Positions 9,639 through 18,356 of a stretch of DNA of 64,000 bases are shown piece by piece. The translations under genes were made by a program, and so were the position numbers. The DNA is taken from assembly GCA_023245355.1 (NCBI GenBank), contig JAHFKN010000001.1:268596-332595 (forward strand), read 5' to 3'. This stretch comes from Candidatus Gottesmanbacteria bacterium (GTDB lineage: Bacteria; Patescibacteriota; Microgenomatia; UBA10105; UBA927). The notes under the pieces are model-generated. The model was not told where the DNA came from and searched no databases. It saw only the letters and a list, made by a program, of their open reading frames with translations. Position 1 is the first letter of the stretch. Each line of letters starts with the position of its first letter.

Positions 9639-10619
9639 TTAAAATTCTCCTACCCGCACGATCTCTTCTTCCAGCTCTACGCCGAATTTTTCATGAACTG
9701 CTTTCCTTGCTTTTTCAATTAATTCTACCACGTCGGCGGCTTTTGCATTTTTGAGGTTAATAATGAAATTGGCATGTTTTTCGGATATCTGCGCATCTCC
9801 GATCCTGTCCCCTTTAAGCCCCGCGTTGTCGACCAAAAATCCGGCGGATGTCGAAAGATTCGGCGTAGAAGCGGTAAGCGCTGCAGCTTTCGAAATATTT
9901 TTAAATGTACATCCTGCGGAAAGAACTCCCTGCGGCTGTGTTTCCCTGCGGTACGATATGCTGGAATTTGCTGTCTCCCACAGCTGGTCTTTCGCTTTTT
10001 GCATGAGTGCAAATGTGACCGAAATGACGATGTCTCCGGTTTTTTGGAGCGCGCTGTAATCGTACGCAAAATGAAAATAGTCGCGGGATACCTGACGCAC
10101 CTCACCTGTGGGAGTGACGATTGTCGCCTGATACACGACATCTCCGACATTCCCTTCGGGTTTCGTCCACTTCGAGTTCATAAACACTGCTCCCCCGACA
10201 CTTCCCGGAAGTCCCAGCTGCATTTCTATGCCGGAGAGTCCTTCTTCTATCGAAAAGCGCACGAATTTATTCATGGGAACACCTGCATCCACCTCAACAA
10301 AGACCGTCCGTGTGGTGCTGCCGGATTCCATGGTTCCCTTAACACCCCGTATGGAAATACCCTGCGAAGAATTCCGTATGACAAACGCACGGATCCCCTT
10401 ATCACCGATCAGCACATTGGTTCCGCCGCCCAAAACAAAAATCGGCAACTTGGATTTGCGCCCCAACGATACTGCTGTCACAAACTCATCGCGGGTTTTC
10501 GCGTCGAAAAAGTAATCCGCGGGTCCGCCGATTTTAAACGTCGTGTACCGGGCCAGCGGTTCGTGTTCCTTAAACCGGTCACCGAATGCTTTTTTCAGAT
10601 CATTGATATGTGGTTCCAT
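9639..10619 (-). CDS. murB: UDP-N-acetylenolpyruvoylglucosamine reductase
   Basis: TTFKIGGPA, LGGGTNVL, GLPGSVGGAVFMN, SAGCTFKN, HANFIIN and LEEEI motifs. Confidence 0.95.
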   Translation of the reverse strand: MEPHINDLKKAFGDRFKEHEPLARYTTFKIGGPADYFFDAKTRDEFVTAVSLGRKSKLPIFVLGGGTNVLIGDKGIRAFVIRNSSQGISIRGVKGTMESGSTTRTVFVEVDAGVPMNKFVRFSIEEGLSGIEMQLGLPGSVGGAVFMNSKWTKPEGNVGDVVYQATIVTPTGEVRQVSRDYFHFAYDYSALQKTGDIVISVTFALMQKAKDQLWETANSSISYRRETQPQGVLSAGCTFKNISKAAALTASTPNLSTSAGFLVDNAGLKGDRIGDAQISEKHANFIINLKNAKAADVVELIEKARKAVHEKFGVELEEEIVRVGEF

Positions 10620-10625
10620 ATATAG

Positions 10626-12041
10626 TTACAGCGTTTCCGAAACGCTTTTTACTACATCCCTTTCCCAATTATAAATGTCTCCCGCTCCCATAAAAATTAC
10701 AACGTCCCCTGTCGACAGGTGCGCGGCAAGTGTTTGAGACACCGCAGCAGAATCTTTTGCATACAGAACGCTTTTATGATGATTCGATACCTCGGAAACG
10801 AGCGTCATGCCGGTTATTCCCAGTGTTTCATGTTCGCGGGCAGACGCATATATATCCGTAAGGACGACCGTGTCAGCATCGGTAAAACTCGTACCGAACT
10901 CGGAAAGCAATGTTTTCGTACGCGAATATGTATGCGGCTGAAACACGGCAATGATGCGCTGCTTGGGAAACCAAGTGTGCGCGGCCTTCAGCGTTGCGGC
11001 AATCTCCGCCGGGTGATGCGCATAATCGTCATAAAACGTGATGCCTGATTCGGTCGCAATCAGTTCGAAGCGGCGTTTCGTTCCAGTAAAGCGCAACAGT
11101 CCTTCGCGGAGCGCTTCCCATGAAGCGCCCGCCGTATGGGCCGCTATCATGGCTGCGACGGCGTTGGCGACATTGTGCATACCGGGAACTTTGATCGCAA
11201 ACTCACCTAATAAAACGCCACGCTCCTCCACCGTAAAAAACATCCGTCCGTCCCCGACGCCGACATGACTGATATGGAAATCCGCCGCAGGGGAAAAACC
11301 GTAGGTGATAACCGTTCCGGAAGACGCAAGGACCCGGCTGTTAGGGTCATCGCTGTTTATGATAACCAGCCTGCTTTTTTTCTGAAGTGCGAGGAATGCA
11401 TCCTGTACAGCACCAAGGCCCGGATACACATCGGGGTGATCATAATCAATATTGGTAACGACCAGAATGTCCGGCGTCAGCCAGAGAAACCGGGGGGTAG
11501 GATCGTGCGTCGGATCGGTTACATATTCGTCCCCCTCGGCGACAAACCATTCCCCGTCACCTTTTTTTCCTGCGGCTCCCAATCCCGGTATGGATCCGCA
11601 ACCGATCGCAAAACTGGGGTGGTACTGCGCGTATGAAAGCAGTACGGCAATCATGGCGCTTGTCGTCGTTTTCCCGTGACTTCCGCTCACTACAATCTGA
11701 CGCGTATCTTTCATGATGCTTCCGAGTGCCTCACCGTGCGGCATAACCGGAATTCCCATGGAAACTGCCTGCCGGACCTCCGGATTATCGCGTCCTCCGT
11801 GCGCTCCGGTATAGTAGACGGCATCGGGCGTATCCTTACCCTGCAGCCTGGACGCATCAAACCCGGAATATACGGTAATACCTTTTATACGCAGTTCCTC
11901 CTGCGTCGGAAAATCTTCCGGCACGTCAGAACCGGTCACCCGCACTCCCGATTGCGCTAGGTAAACGGCAAGGGAGGCCATGGCCACGCCTTTGATTCCT
12001 ACCAGGTGCACATGTTTTTTTATACGCGCATGTTCTTTCAT
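10626..12041 (-). CDS. murC: UDP-N-acetylmuramate--L-alanine ligase
   Basis: GIKGVAM, GSHGKTTT, EGDEY, DYDHPD, DDYAHHP, FQPHTYSRT and MGAGD motifs. Confidence 0.95.
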   Translation of the reverse strand: MKEHARIKKHVHLVGIKGVAMASLAVYLAQSGVRVTGSDVPEDFPTQEELRIKGITVYSGFDASRLQGKDTPDAVYYTGAHGGRDNPEVRQAVSMGIPVMPHGEALGSIMKDTRQIVVSGSHGKTTTSAMIAVLLSYAQYHPSFAIGCGSIPGLGAAGKKGDGEWFVAEGDEYVTDPTHDPTPRFLWLTPDILVVTNIDYDHPDVYPGLGAVQDAFLALQKKSRLVIINSDDPNSRVLASSGTVITYGFSPAADFHISHVGVGDGRMFFTVEERGVLLGEFAIKVPGMHNVANAVAAMIAAHTAGASWEALREGLLRFTGTKRRFELIATESGITFYDDYAHHPAEIAATLKAAHTWFPKQRIIAVFQPHTYSRTKTLLSEFGTSFTDADTVVLTDIYASAREHETLGITGMTLVSEVSNHHKSVLYAKDSAAVSQTLAAHLSTGDVVIFMGAGDIYNWERDVVKSVSETL

Positions 12042-12048
12042 AGTCGTA

Positions 12049-12768
12049 TTATGACACTAATCCGATAACGCCGATTATTTCGCCGAATGTTTCCCTGCTG
12101 TCCTTACGAAACGAATAAAACGCATCGATCTGGCAGGACGTACAGACAATGGGCGCATCTATATGGTCCGGTACAATACCGGCATCCAGCAGCTCGAACC
12201 TGTTTGCCTGCCCGATATCCAGATGCCACTCTCCGTTTTCTTTTGCTGCAACGGGAGGCACTGTATTAAACGTCGCGAGAAATTGCTGCGCCCGACTTTC
12301 AGGAACCGTATAGCAGCACCCGCCGATATGGGGGCCTATTGAAACCAGAATATTTTTAGGTGTTGCCCCCGACTCAGTCATGCGGGCGACTGCGTTTTTT
12401 GCTATGTGTGCCAGAGTCCCTTTCCAGCCGGCATGAACAGCTGCTACAACCCGGGCCACGGGATCAAAGAATAACATCGGCACGCAGTCAGCTACATGGA
12501 CTTCCAGTAAAATATTATCGGTGCCGCTTACCAATCCATCTGCCAGAGGGACAACACCCGTTGTCGCGCTGTCAACAATTGACACCGCATTTCCGTGAAC
12601 CTGGGCCGCATGGAGCAACGGCAATGCCCGGTCTGTCAGATTCCGTACAATCATGTCTGTATTGGTTCTGATTCTTGCGTCCCCCAGCGCGCGTGTGGAA
12701 TATCCGTGCACAACACCCGGAAGTGTGAGCAGCGAAGAATACCGTATGCCGTTTTTCTGTGTCATCAT
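12049..12768 (-). CDS. pgeF: Peptidoglycan editing factor PgeF/YfiH (laccase-domain purine nucleoside phosphorylase)
   Basis: QVHG, ADCVP, HAGWKG, GPHIGGCCY, CTSC and FYSFR motifs. Confidence 0.9.
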   Translation of the reverse strand: MMTQKNGIRYSSLLTLPGVVHGYSTRALGDARIRTNTDMIVRNLTDRALPLLHAAQVHGNAVSIVDSATTGVVPLADGLVSGTDNILLEVHVADCVPMLFFDPVARVVAAVHAGWKGTLAHIAKNAVARMTESGATPKNILVSIGPHIGGCCYTVPESRAQQFLATFNTVPPVAAKENGEWHLDIGQANRFELLDAGIVPDHIDAPIVCTSCQIDAFYSFRKDSRETFGEIIGVIGLVS

Positions 12769-12795
12769 GATAGATACCTAAAAACTATCCCTGTG

Positions 12796-13971
12796 TTATG
12801 TACGCCGTTTCAGCAGTTTCCTTATTTCTTCCTGGTCGCTCCAGGGGTATTCTTTCGTACCTCTGCACAGACTTTTTTCGTGTCCTTTACCGGTTGCTAT
12901 CAGGATATCGCCGGGACGGGCCTGCGAGAGTGCAAATACGAGCGCATCCTTGCGATTTGGGAATCTGTGCACCTCTTTATCCGCCGGTATGCCGGAAGAA
13001 ATTTCGTCCATAATCGTTTCGACGTTTTCCGTCCGGTAATCCTCTTCCGTCAACACGATCACGTCGCTGTAGGTTGCCGACGCTTTCCCCATAAGCGGAC
13101 GTTTCGTAGCATCCCGTAGTCCTGCACTGCCGAATACGTGTATAACACGTTTTTTGGTCATGGCACGCACAGTAGAGAGCGCACTCACTAGCGCGTTGGG
13201 CGTATGCGCAAAATCCACAATCACGCGGAAGGGTTTTTCCGAGATGACTTCCATTCTGCCGGTCACGCCGGGAAACTGCGCTAATGCAGCTGCTGCAACT
13301 TTACGGTTCACGCCCAACACGTCGGCGACAGCCAGCGCGGCAAGAGCGTTATAGCGGTTAAATTCCCCGGGAAGCTTTGTCCTGAACGGAAATGTTTTGG
13401 GGTTGACCATGCTGTCCCGGCGTATGCCGTAGGTGACATACCGCTTCTTCTTGAGCATCGGCATGCTGGCCATATATGTGCCCGCTTCATCGCGGTTGAT
13501 CACGGCAACTTTGCTTTGTCTAAGAAGCGTAAGCTTGGTCTTGAGATAGTTTTCGTACGTCCCGTGCCAGTCCAGGTGCTCGTGCGTAACATTCGTAATC
13601 ACCGAGACATCGAAACGGACGCCGAACACGCGGTGCTGCGACAGTGCGTGACTCGTGACTTCAAGCACCATATGGGTATCGCCGTGATTTACCGCCTCCC
13701 GAAGATACTTTTGTACCCACCACGCGGACGGCGTCGTCACATGGAAACCGGTATCGTAGTCCCTTCCGGCAATCGTGGCATGTACGGAGGTGATTTTGGA
13801 CGCTTTATACCCGGCACTCTTTAATATTTCGTATATGAGTGTGGTTGTGGTCGTTTTACCGTCCGTCCCGGTCACCCCGATCACGGTAAGCTTACGGCTC
13901 GGAAATCCGAACCAGCAATTGGCTACGATTGCCACCACCAGATGATAGAGCCCTTTGAGGCTTCGGAGCAT
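12796..13971 (-). CDS. murE: UDP-MurNAc-L-Ala-D-Glu:diamino-acid ligase MurE (short form lacking the N-terminal domain)
   Basis: GVTGTDGKTTT, TTP, EVTSH, HEHLDWH, GRME, DFAHTP, GSAGLRD..KR and GKGHE motifs. Confidence 0.92.
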   Translation of the reverse strand: MLRSLKGLYHLVVAIVANCWFGFPSRKLTVIGVTGTDGKTTTTTLIYEILKSAGYKASKITSVHATIAGRDYDTGFHVTTPSAWWVQKYLREAVNHGDTHMVLEVTSHALSQHRVFGVRFDVSVITNVTHEHLDWHGTYENYLKTKLTLLRQSKVAVINRDEAGTYMASMPMLKKKRYVTYGIRRDSMVNPKTFPFRTKLPGEFNRYNALAALAVADVLGVNRKVAAAALAQFPGVTGRMEVISEKPFRVIVDFAHTPNALVSALSTVRAMTKKRVIHVFGSAGLRDATKRPLMGKASATYSDVIVLTEEDYRTENVETIMDEISSGIPADKEVHRFPNRKDALVFALSQARPGDILIATGKGHEKSLCRGTKEYPWSDQEEIRKLLKRRT

Positions 13972-14057
13972 GTGTGTATTATACCAAAAATATCCGTGCG
14001 AAGAGCAAAAGAGCCACGCTTTGATCAGCTTCAGACTACTCTCGGAAATCCGTCGTG

Positions 14058-15740
14058 CTATTGCGGAGGGATTGCCCAGTAGGTAAACAGGTCACGGGCA
14101 ATGGTAAAAAAGAGCGGAGCTGCCGTTTCCGACCCCCACTGTGAAGAGGAGGGCTCCCGAAGGGTTACCAGCATGACAAACCGCGGCTTGTCAGCAGGCG
14201 CAAAACCGACAAATGAGGCAATTGTTTTCTTATCGTCATAATGCCCGGCCACAGGAATCTGAGCAGTACCGGTTTTCCCCGCCACCCGATATCCTTTAGG
14301 CTTGGCCCATTTGGCCTCCCCGTTATCAACAGCCGACACCATCATTTCGGTGACTATTCGGGCGGTTTCCGCACTCACCACCTGCAAAGACACTTTCGGA
14401 GGCACCGCTATGGTTTTTCCTTTGGATTCGCGGATTTCCTTCACCATATGCGGCTCCATCATACGGCCGCCGTTAGCCAATGCCGCAATCGCCCTGACCA
14501 TCTGAATCGGTGTCACGGCGATACCCTGTCCGAACGAGGCGGTGTATTCATCGACTTCTGCCCAATCTTTGTCTGCCCGAAGTTCCGGTGACGATTCGTC
14601 TTCCAGGTCGATATTAGTCGGCTTCCCGAATCCGAAGCGCCGTATGGCAGACAGCAGCTTCTCTTTCCCCAGTTTTTGCGCAATAAATACCATACCGACG
14701 TTCGAGGAATTCTCCAATACCTGCGTCATGGTAATCTTGCCGTGATATTGGTTATTCCATGTCCGTATCACGTACGGGCCTATCTGTACCGGTCCTGACT
14801 CGTCCATTGTGGTATCGGGAGTTATGAGTTTTTCGTTGATGGCTGCCGCCATAATCAGCGCTTTGAATGTACTTCCGGGCTCAAACGCACTCCCGACGAC
14901 GGGATTTTTATAGAGGGACTTATCAAACTCCGAAAACCGTCTCGGGTCATAGTTCGGGAACGACGCCATGGCTAGTATCCCACCTGTTTCGGGATTCATA
15001 ACCACTACGGATCCTTCTTTGGCTCCGTACCGCTCAATTCCCTCTTTCAGTTTCCGCTCCACTATCTGCTGTACCACTTTGTCTGCGTGCAATATAAGCG
15101 TCCGTCCGTCTTCCGGCGGGAGCCGTTCTTCGGAGCCGATAAGAATCGGCGCGCCGTGCGCATCTTTCTCGAGTCTCATCATGCCGTCTATCCCGCGCAG
15201 CTGCCGGTCATAGTACCCTTCCAGCCCGAAATACCCCTGATCAACGCCGTTTACGTCACTGCCGACAAACCCCAGCAAATGTGCGGCGGTAGACGCTTCG
15301 GGATAAAACCGCTTCGGCTCTTTTTCAAACCCGAGCCCCAAAATATTCTGTGTACGCAGTGTCTGCACTTTGGTAAGTTCCACTTTGTGCGCGAGCGGCA
15401 CCCAAACCAAGTTCGGCTGGGCTAATTTACTTGCTACTTCCATAGGGTCCAGGGCAAGTTCTCCTGCCACGATTTTAGAAAATTGCGGAATATCTTTGAT
15501 GTTGCGGGGTTCTCCGTATACCAGGTAGGAAGGCTGATTGACGACCAGCGGGTTGTTCCCGTAATCCATGATTTCTCCTCTGGCGGCCGGCACGGTAAGC
15601 TGAACGAAATGCTGGCGGGAGGCTTCTTTCCCCAGACGGTCAGCGGAAAATATCTGCCAATAGATGAGGCGGAGCATCAATGCGGCAAACCCTATGACAA
15701 AAGCGCCAAAGAGTACGGAGGAACGCTGTGGAGTGGCCAT
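14058..15740 (-). CDS. ftsI: Class B penicillin-binding protein (FtsI/SpoVD-like)
   Basis: N-terminal TM, RGEIMD, RFYP, GLEGYYD, PGSTFK (SxxK), SSN and KTGT; located after ftsL. Confidence 0.9.
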   Translation of the reverse strand: MATPQRSSVLFGAFVIGFAALMLRLIYWQIFSADRLGKEASRQHFVQLTVPAARGEIMDYGNNPLVVNQPSYLVYGEPRNIKDIPQFSKIVAGELALDPMEVASKLAQPNLVWVPLAHKVELTKVQTLRTQNILGLGFEKEPKRFYPEASTAAHLLGFVGSDVNGVDQGYFGLEGYYDRQLRGIDGMMRLEKDAHGAPILIGSEERLPPEDGRTLILHADKVVQQIVERKLKEGIERYGAKEGSVVVMNPETGGILAMASFPNYDPRRFSEFDKSLYKNPVVGSAFEPGSTFKALIMAAAINEKLITPDTTMDESGPVQIGPYVIRTWNNQYHGKITMTQVLENSSNVGMVFIAQKLGKEKLLSAIRRFGFGKPTNIDLEDESSPELRADKDWAEVDEYTASFGQGIAVTPIQMVRAIAALANGGRMMEPHMVKEIRESKGKTIAVPPKVSLQVVSAETARIVTEMMVSAVDNGEAKWAKPKGYRVAGKTGTAQIPVAGHYDDKKTIASFVGFAPADKPRFVMLVTLREPSSSQWGSETAAPLFFTIARDLFTYWAIPPQ

Positions 15741-15780
15741 GAATGTATCCTACCATGTTTCCGCGCCCATGAGATCGGAA

Positions 15781-16104
15781 TTACTCGAGAGGTAACCTGG
15801 CCGGAACATCTGACCGGTTTAAGGCCACCGGAACTTCTAAACTAAGACTGATAATCTGCTTTGCTGTCGGGTCGACAAACCCCTGAGCCTGCGCGCGCTC
15901 ACGGATAACCAACAGAGATGAAGCGGATGCCACTTCGGTCGAAAGTGCTTCACGCATATCCGCTTCTATGCGGACCTGCTGATCTAATTTTCCCAACCGT
16001 TTTCCGAGTGTGGCCAATTCATTGGATACGACGACCTGAAGAACGACTAATGTGATTGCAGCAACCGGAAGAAGAAATCCAATGATACGAATAATGTTTT
16101 TCAT
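15781..16104 (-). CDS. ftsL: FtsL-like cell division protein
   Basis: Single TM plus coiled coil and IRERAQAQGF motif; lies between rsmH and ftsI. Confidence 0.65.
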   Translation of the reverse strand: MKNIIRIIGFLLPVAAITLVVLQVVVSNELATLGKRLGKLDQQVRIEADMREALSTEVASASSLLVIRERAQAQGFVDPTAKQIISLSLEVPVALNRSDVPARLPLE

Positions 16105-16994
16105 ACTGCTTTTTTTACCGCGACGCGCATCTTTGCGCTTCTGCTGCGTATGTTTTCGTTTATTTCCCCTTCAGTCGGACGTACGGGATGCTTGGAAACA
16201 CTCTCCCATATATCCTGCCGCATATACTGTTTTACAATCCTGTCTTCCAGCGAGTGGAAGCTGATTACTACCAATCTGCCTTCCGGCTTTAACACGTTGT
16301 ATGCGCCTTTGAGTCCGTCCCGTAAACTCCCCAACTCATCGTTTACCGCTATCCGAAGCCCCTGAAACACTCTCGACAATATTCCGTACCGGGCACCTTC
16401 ATTCGGTGCGACTGTTTTTACGGCTTCGATCAAATCCCTCACCGTAACAATCGGCTTCACCGAACGCGCGCGGCAAACAGCGTCAGAAAGCTTCCGAGCC
16501 AACTGTTCTTCGCCATACGTGCTAAAAATGTCATACAATTCCTCCGCGCCTGCACGGTTTACCAATTGGGCAGCAGTGTCTCCTCCGGACTGATCAAGTC
16601 TCATATCCAGTGGAGCATCGGTAAACCGGTAACTGAATCCCCGTTCGGGTGTATCTAACTGCATACTCGATACGCCCAAATCAAACAAAATTCCGCTTAC
16701 GTTTATAAATTTCTGTTCCCGTGCTATCGTCTCTATATTCCGAAAATTCCCGTGTATTAATTTCCATGCTCCCTTTGAAACAAGTGTATTTCCCTCTCTC
16801 TCCAGTCGGTCCCTGGCAATATCGAGTGCTTTCTCATCCTGGTCAATGCCGAGCAATACGCCGCCCCGTTTCACTATTTCCAATCCGTGTCCGCCTGCTC
16901 CCGTGGTCGCATCGATATAGGTATTTCCCTGCGTTACGTTCAGCGCGTCGATTGCTTCCTGTATCAACACCGGCGTGTGGGGGATTCCGTTCAT
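16101..16994 (-). CDS. rsmH: 16S rRNA m4C1402 methyltransferase RsmH (MraW)
   Basis: HTPVL, DATTGAGGH, DLGVSSMQLD, RIAVNDEL, ISFHSLEDR and RSRSAKMR. Start at 16994 forms an ATGA overlap with mraZ. Confidence 0.95.
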   Translation of the reverse strand: MNGIPHTPVLIQEAIDALNVTQGNTYIDATTGAGGHGLEIVKRGGVLLGIDQDEKALDIARDRLEREGNTLVSKGAWKLIHGNFRNIETIAREQKFINVSGILFDLGVSSMQLDTPERGFSYRFTDAPLDMRLDQSGGDTAAQLVNRAGAEELYDIFSTYGEEQLARKLSDAVCRARSVKPIVTVRDLIEAVKTVAPNEGARYGILSRVFQGLRIAVNDELGSLRDGLKGAYNVLKPEGRLVVISFHSLEDRIVKQYMRQDIWESVSKHPVRPTEGEINENIRSRSAKMRVAVKKAV

Positions 16995-17392
16995 ACAGCC
17001 TCCAGTTTTGCAGCGTATTGTGTCCACCGCGCCGAGTCCCAAATCTCAAAATGGTCTCCTGCTCCGATAACCTTGACTTCGCGGGCGATCAGACCGTGCT
17101 CTTTAAGCTGTGCGGGCAGTAAAATACGGCCAAGTTTGTCTATGTCGACTTTTTGCGCTCCAGCAAAGAGGTAACGGCGGACCTGTCGTCCTTTTTCATC
17201 GGTTACCGGTGTGTCAAGGTGCTTTCCCGCTTCCCGTTCCCAACTCTCTTTATCAAATCCGAAAATACATCCCTCATATCCCCTGGCGAGTACTAATTCC
17301 GTTCCTGTGATCTCTTGCCGAATCTTTCGTGGGAGCGTTACGCGGGCCCGATCGTCTAAACTATGGTCGTATTCTCCTAGGAACAAGTTCAT
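16991..17392 (-). CDS. mraZ: Transcriptional regulator MraZ
   Basis: FLGEYDHSLDDRARV, DKLGRILLP and VIGAGDHFEIW (two SpoVT/AbrB repeats). Confidence 0.95.
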   Translation of the reverse strand: MNLFLGEYDHSLDDRARVTLPRKIRQEITGTELVLARGYEGCIFGFDKESWEREAGKHLDTPVTDEKGRQVRRYLFAGAQKVDIDKLGRILLPAQLKEHGLIAREVKVIGAGDHFEIWDSARWTQYAAKLEAV

Positions 17393-17404
17393 GGCTCTAA
17401 TCTA

Positions 17405-17455
17405 CCACTTCTTCCCACTAATATCCATAGTTACCCATTTTTCACGCCATGTCAA
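17405..17455 (-). promoter_or_regulatory. MraZ operator (four RTGG boxes at 10-bp spacing) with a TTGACA -35 element
   Basis: Minus strand reads TTGACA (17455-17450)...ATGG-GTAACT-ATGG-ATATTA-GTGG-GAAGAA-GTGG. Boxes at 17435-38, 17425-28, 17415-18 and 17405-08. Confidence 0.75.
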
Positions 17456-17527
17456 TACCCATTTCACGGGTTGTTCTGTGCGTACTTGACGAGCATCAGG
17501 TAAACGAGCGAAAATCTGTGCTATTGT

Positions 17528-17845
17528 ATGGCACACGAAGTGTTGCGCGTTCCGGTTATCAGGACAAGGAGTTCGGCTTCCCGCCGCTACCTGTTTTTCG
17601 AGCACCCGCCCGCGCTATGGATCGCGGATGAAAAAGATGAAGGACACGAGAGGATTTTACGGGCATCAGGGCGCAATAAACCGGCCGCTGCAGGGTGGAT
17701 TCTGGCGTTTCATGACGAACTTCAGGTTGATGCAACAGGCTCAATTGACCTTAACATGCCTACGAAGCACCCGAAAAGCGTATGTGTGTTCATCGCCTCT
17801 CTCCCGGGGAAAAGCAAACAACAGATAACCGAACACGGAATCTGA
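17528..17845 (+). CDS. Hypothetical protein (the only plausible plus-strand gene)
   Basis: 105-aa ATG ORF filling the gap between mraZ and the 17859 gene; no recognisable motif. Confidence 0.45.
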   Translation: MAHEVLRVPVIRTRSSASRRYLFFEHPPALWIADEKDEGHERILRASGRNKPAAAGWILAFHDELQVDATGSIDLNMPTKHPKSVCVFIASLPGKSKQQITEHGI

Positions 17846-17858
17846 GATTTGCGGTCTG

Positions 17859-18344
17859 TTAGAGATCAAAATCTTTGGAGAACTGGCTCTTTTTGCCTGC
17901 CGTATCCGTAAATTCGAGCGCAACGGACACTTTCGCAACTCCCAGATCCGGCTTGCAGACATTGCGCGAACATGTTCCCAGGTATACTTCACGGTCAAAT
18001 CCGTCCTGAGAGGCGACTTCGATCGGCTTGGACCCGGAGTTGACCCCTTTGATAAGCCCCTGGCTGTCATATGTCAGTTCGTACCCGACAGAAGCGTATT
18101 TTGATGCAAGATTACTCACCTTGAGAACAACCGTATTGGGCTTTGCCTTGCTCAGCGTCAGATTCACGGCTATCGAGGCGTCTGCCTGGGGGAGAAGTTC
18201 GGTAACTTCCTCTTCTTTGACCGGGGCGGGTTCGTTTGACGGCGCAAGCACCCGGTATACCACGAATCCCGTGATAGCCAGTAATACTGCCAACCCTCCG
18301 TACAATAGTTTCATTTTATTATCAGTCGTACTTTTAGGTTTCAT
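17859..18344 (-). CDS. Membrane-anchored hypothetical protein
   Basis: N-terminal TM, Pro/Glu linker, beta-rich domain with YELTY and LGTCSRNVC; strong AAGGAGG RBS; starts 12 nt after the glyQS stop. Confidence 0.8.
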   Translation of the reverse strand: MKPKSTTDNKMKLLYGGLAVLLAITGFVVYRVLAPSNEPAPVKEEEVTELLPQADASIAVNLTLSKAKPNTVVLKVSNLASKYASVGYELTYDSQGLIKGVNSGSKPIEVASQDGFDREVYLGTCSRNVCKPDLGVAKVSVALEFTDTAGKKSQFSKDFDL

Positions 18345-18356
18345 ACAGATCCTCCT

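Noticed and set aside
1768-10625. Long antisense ORFs (1768-2679, 4676-5626, 5799-6794, 9774-10625)
   Set aside because: They lie opposite well-supported genes and have no motifs; expected shadow ORFs.
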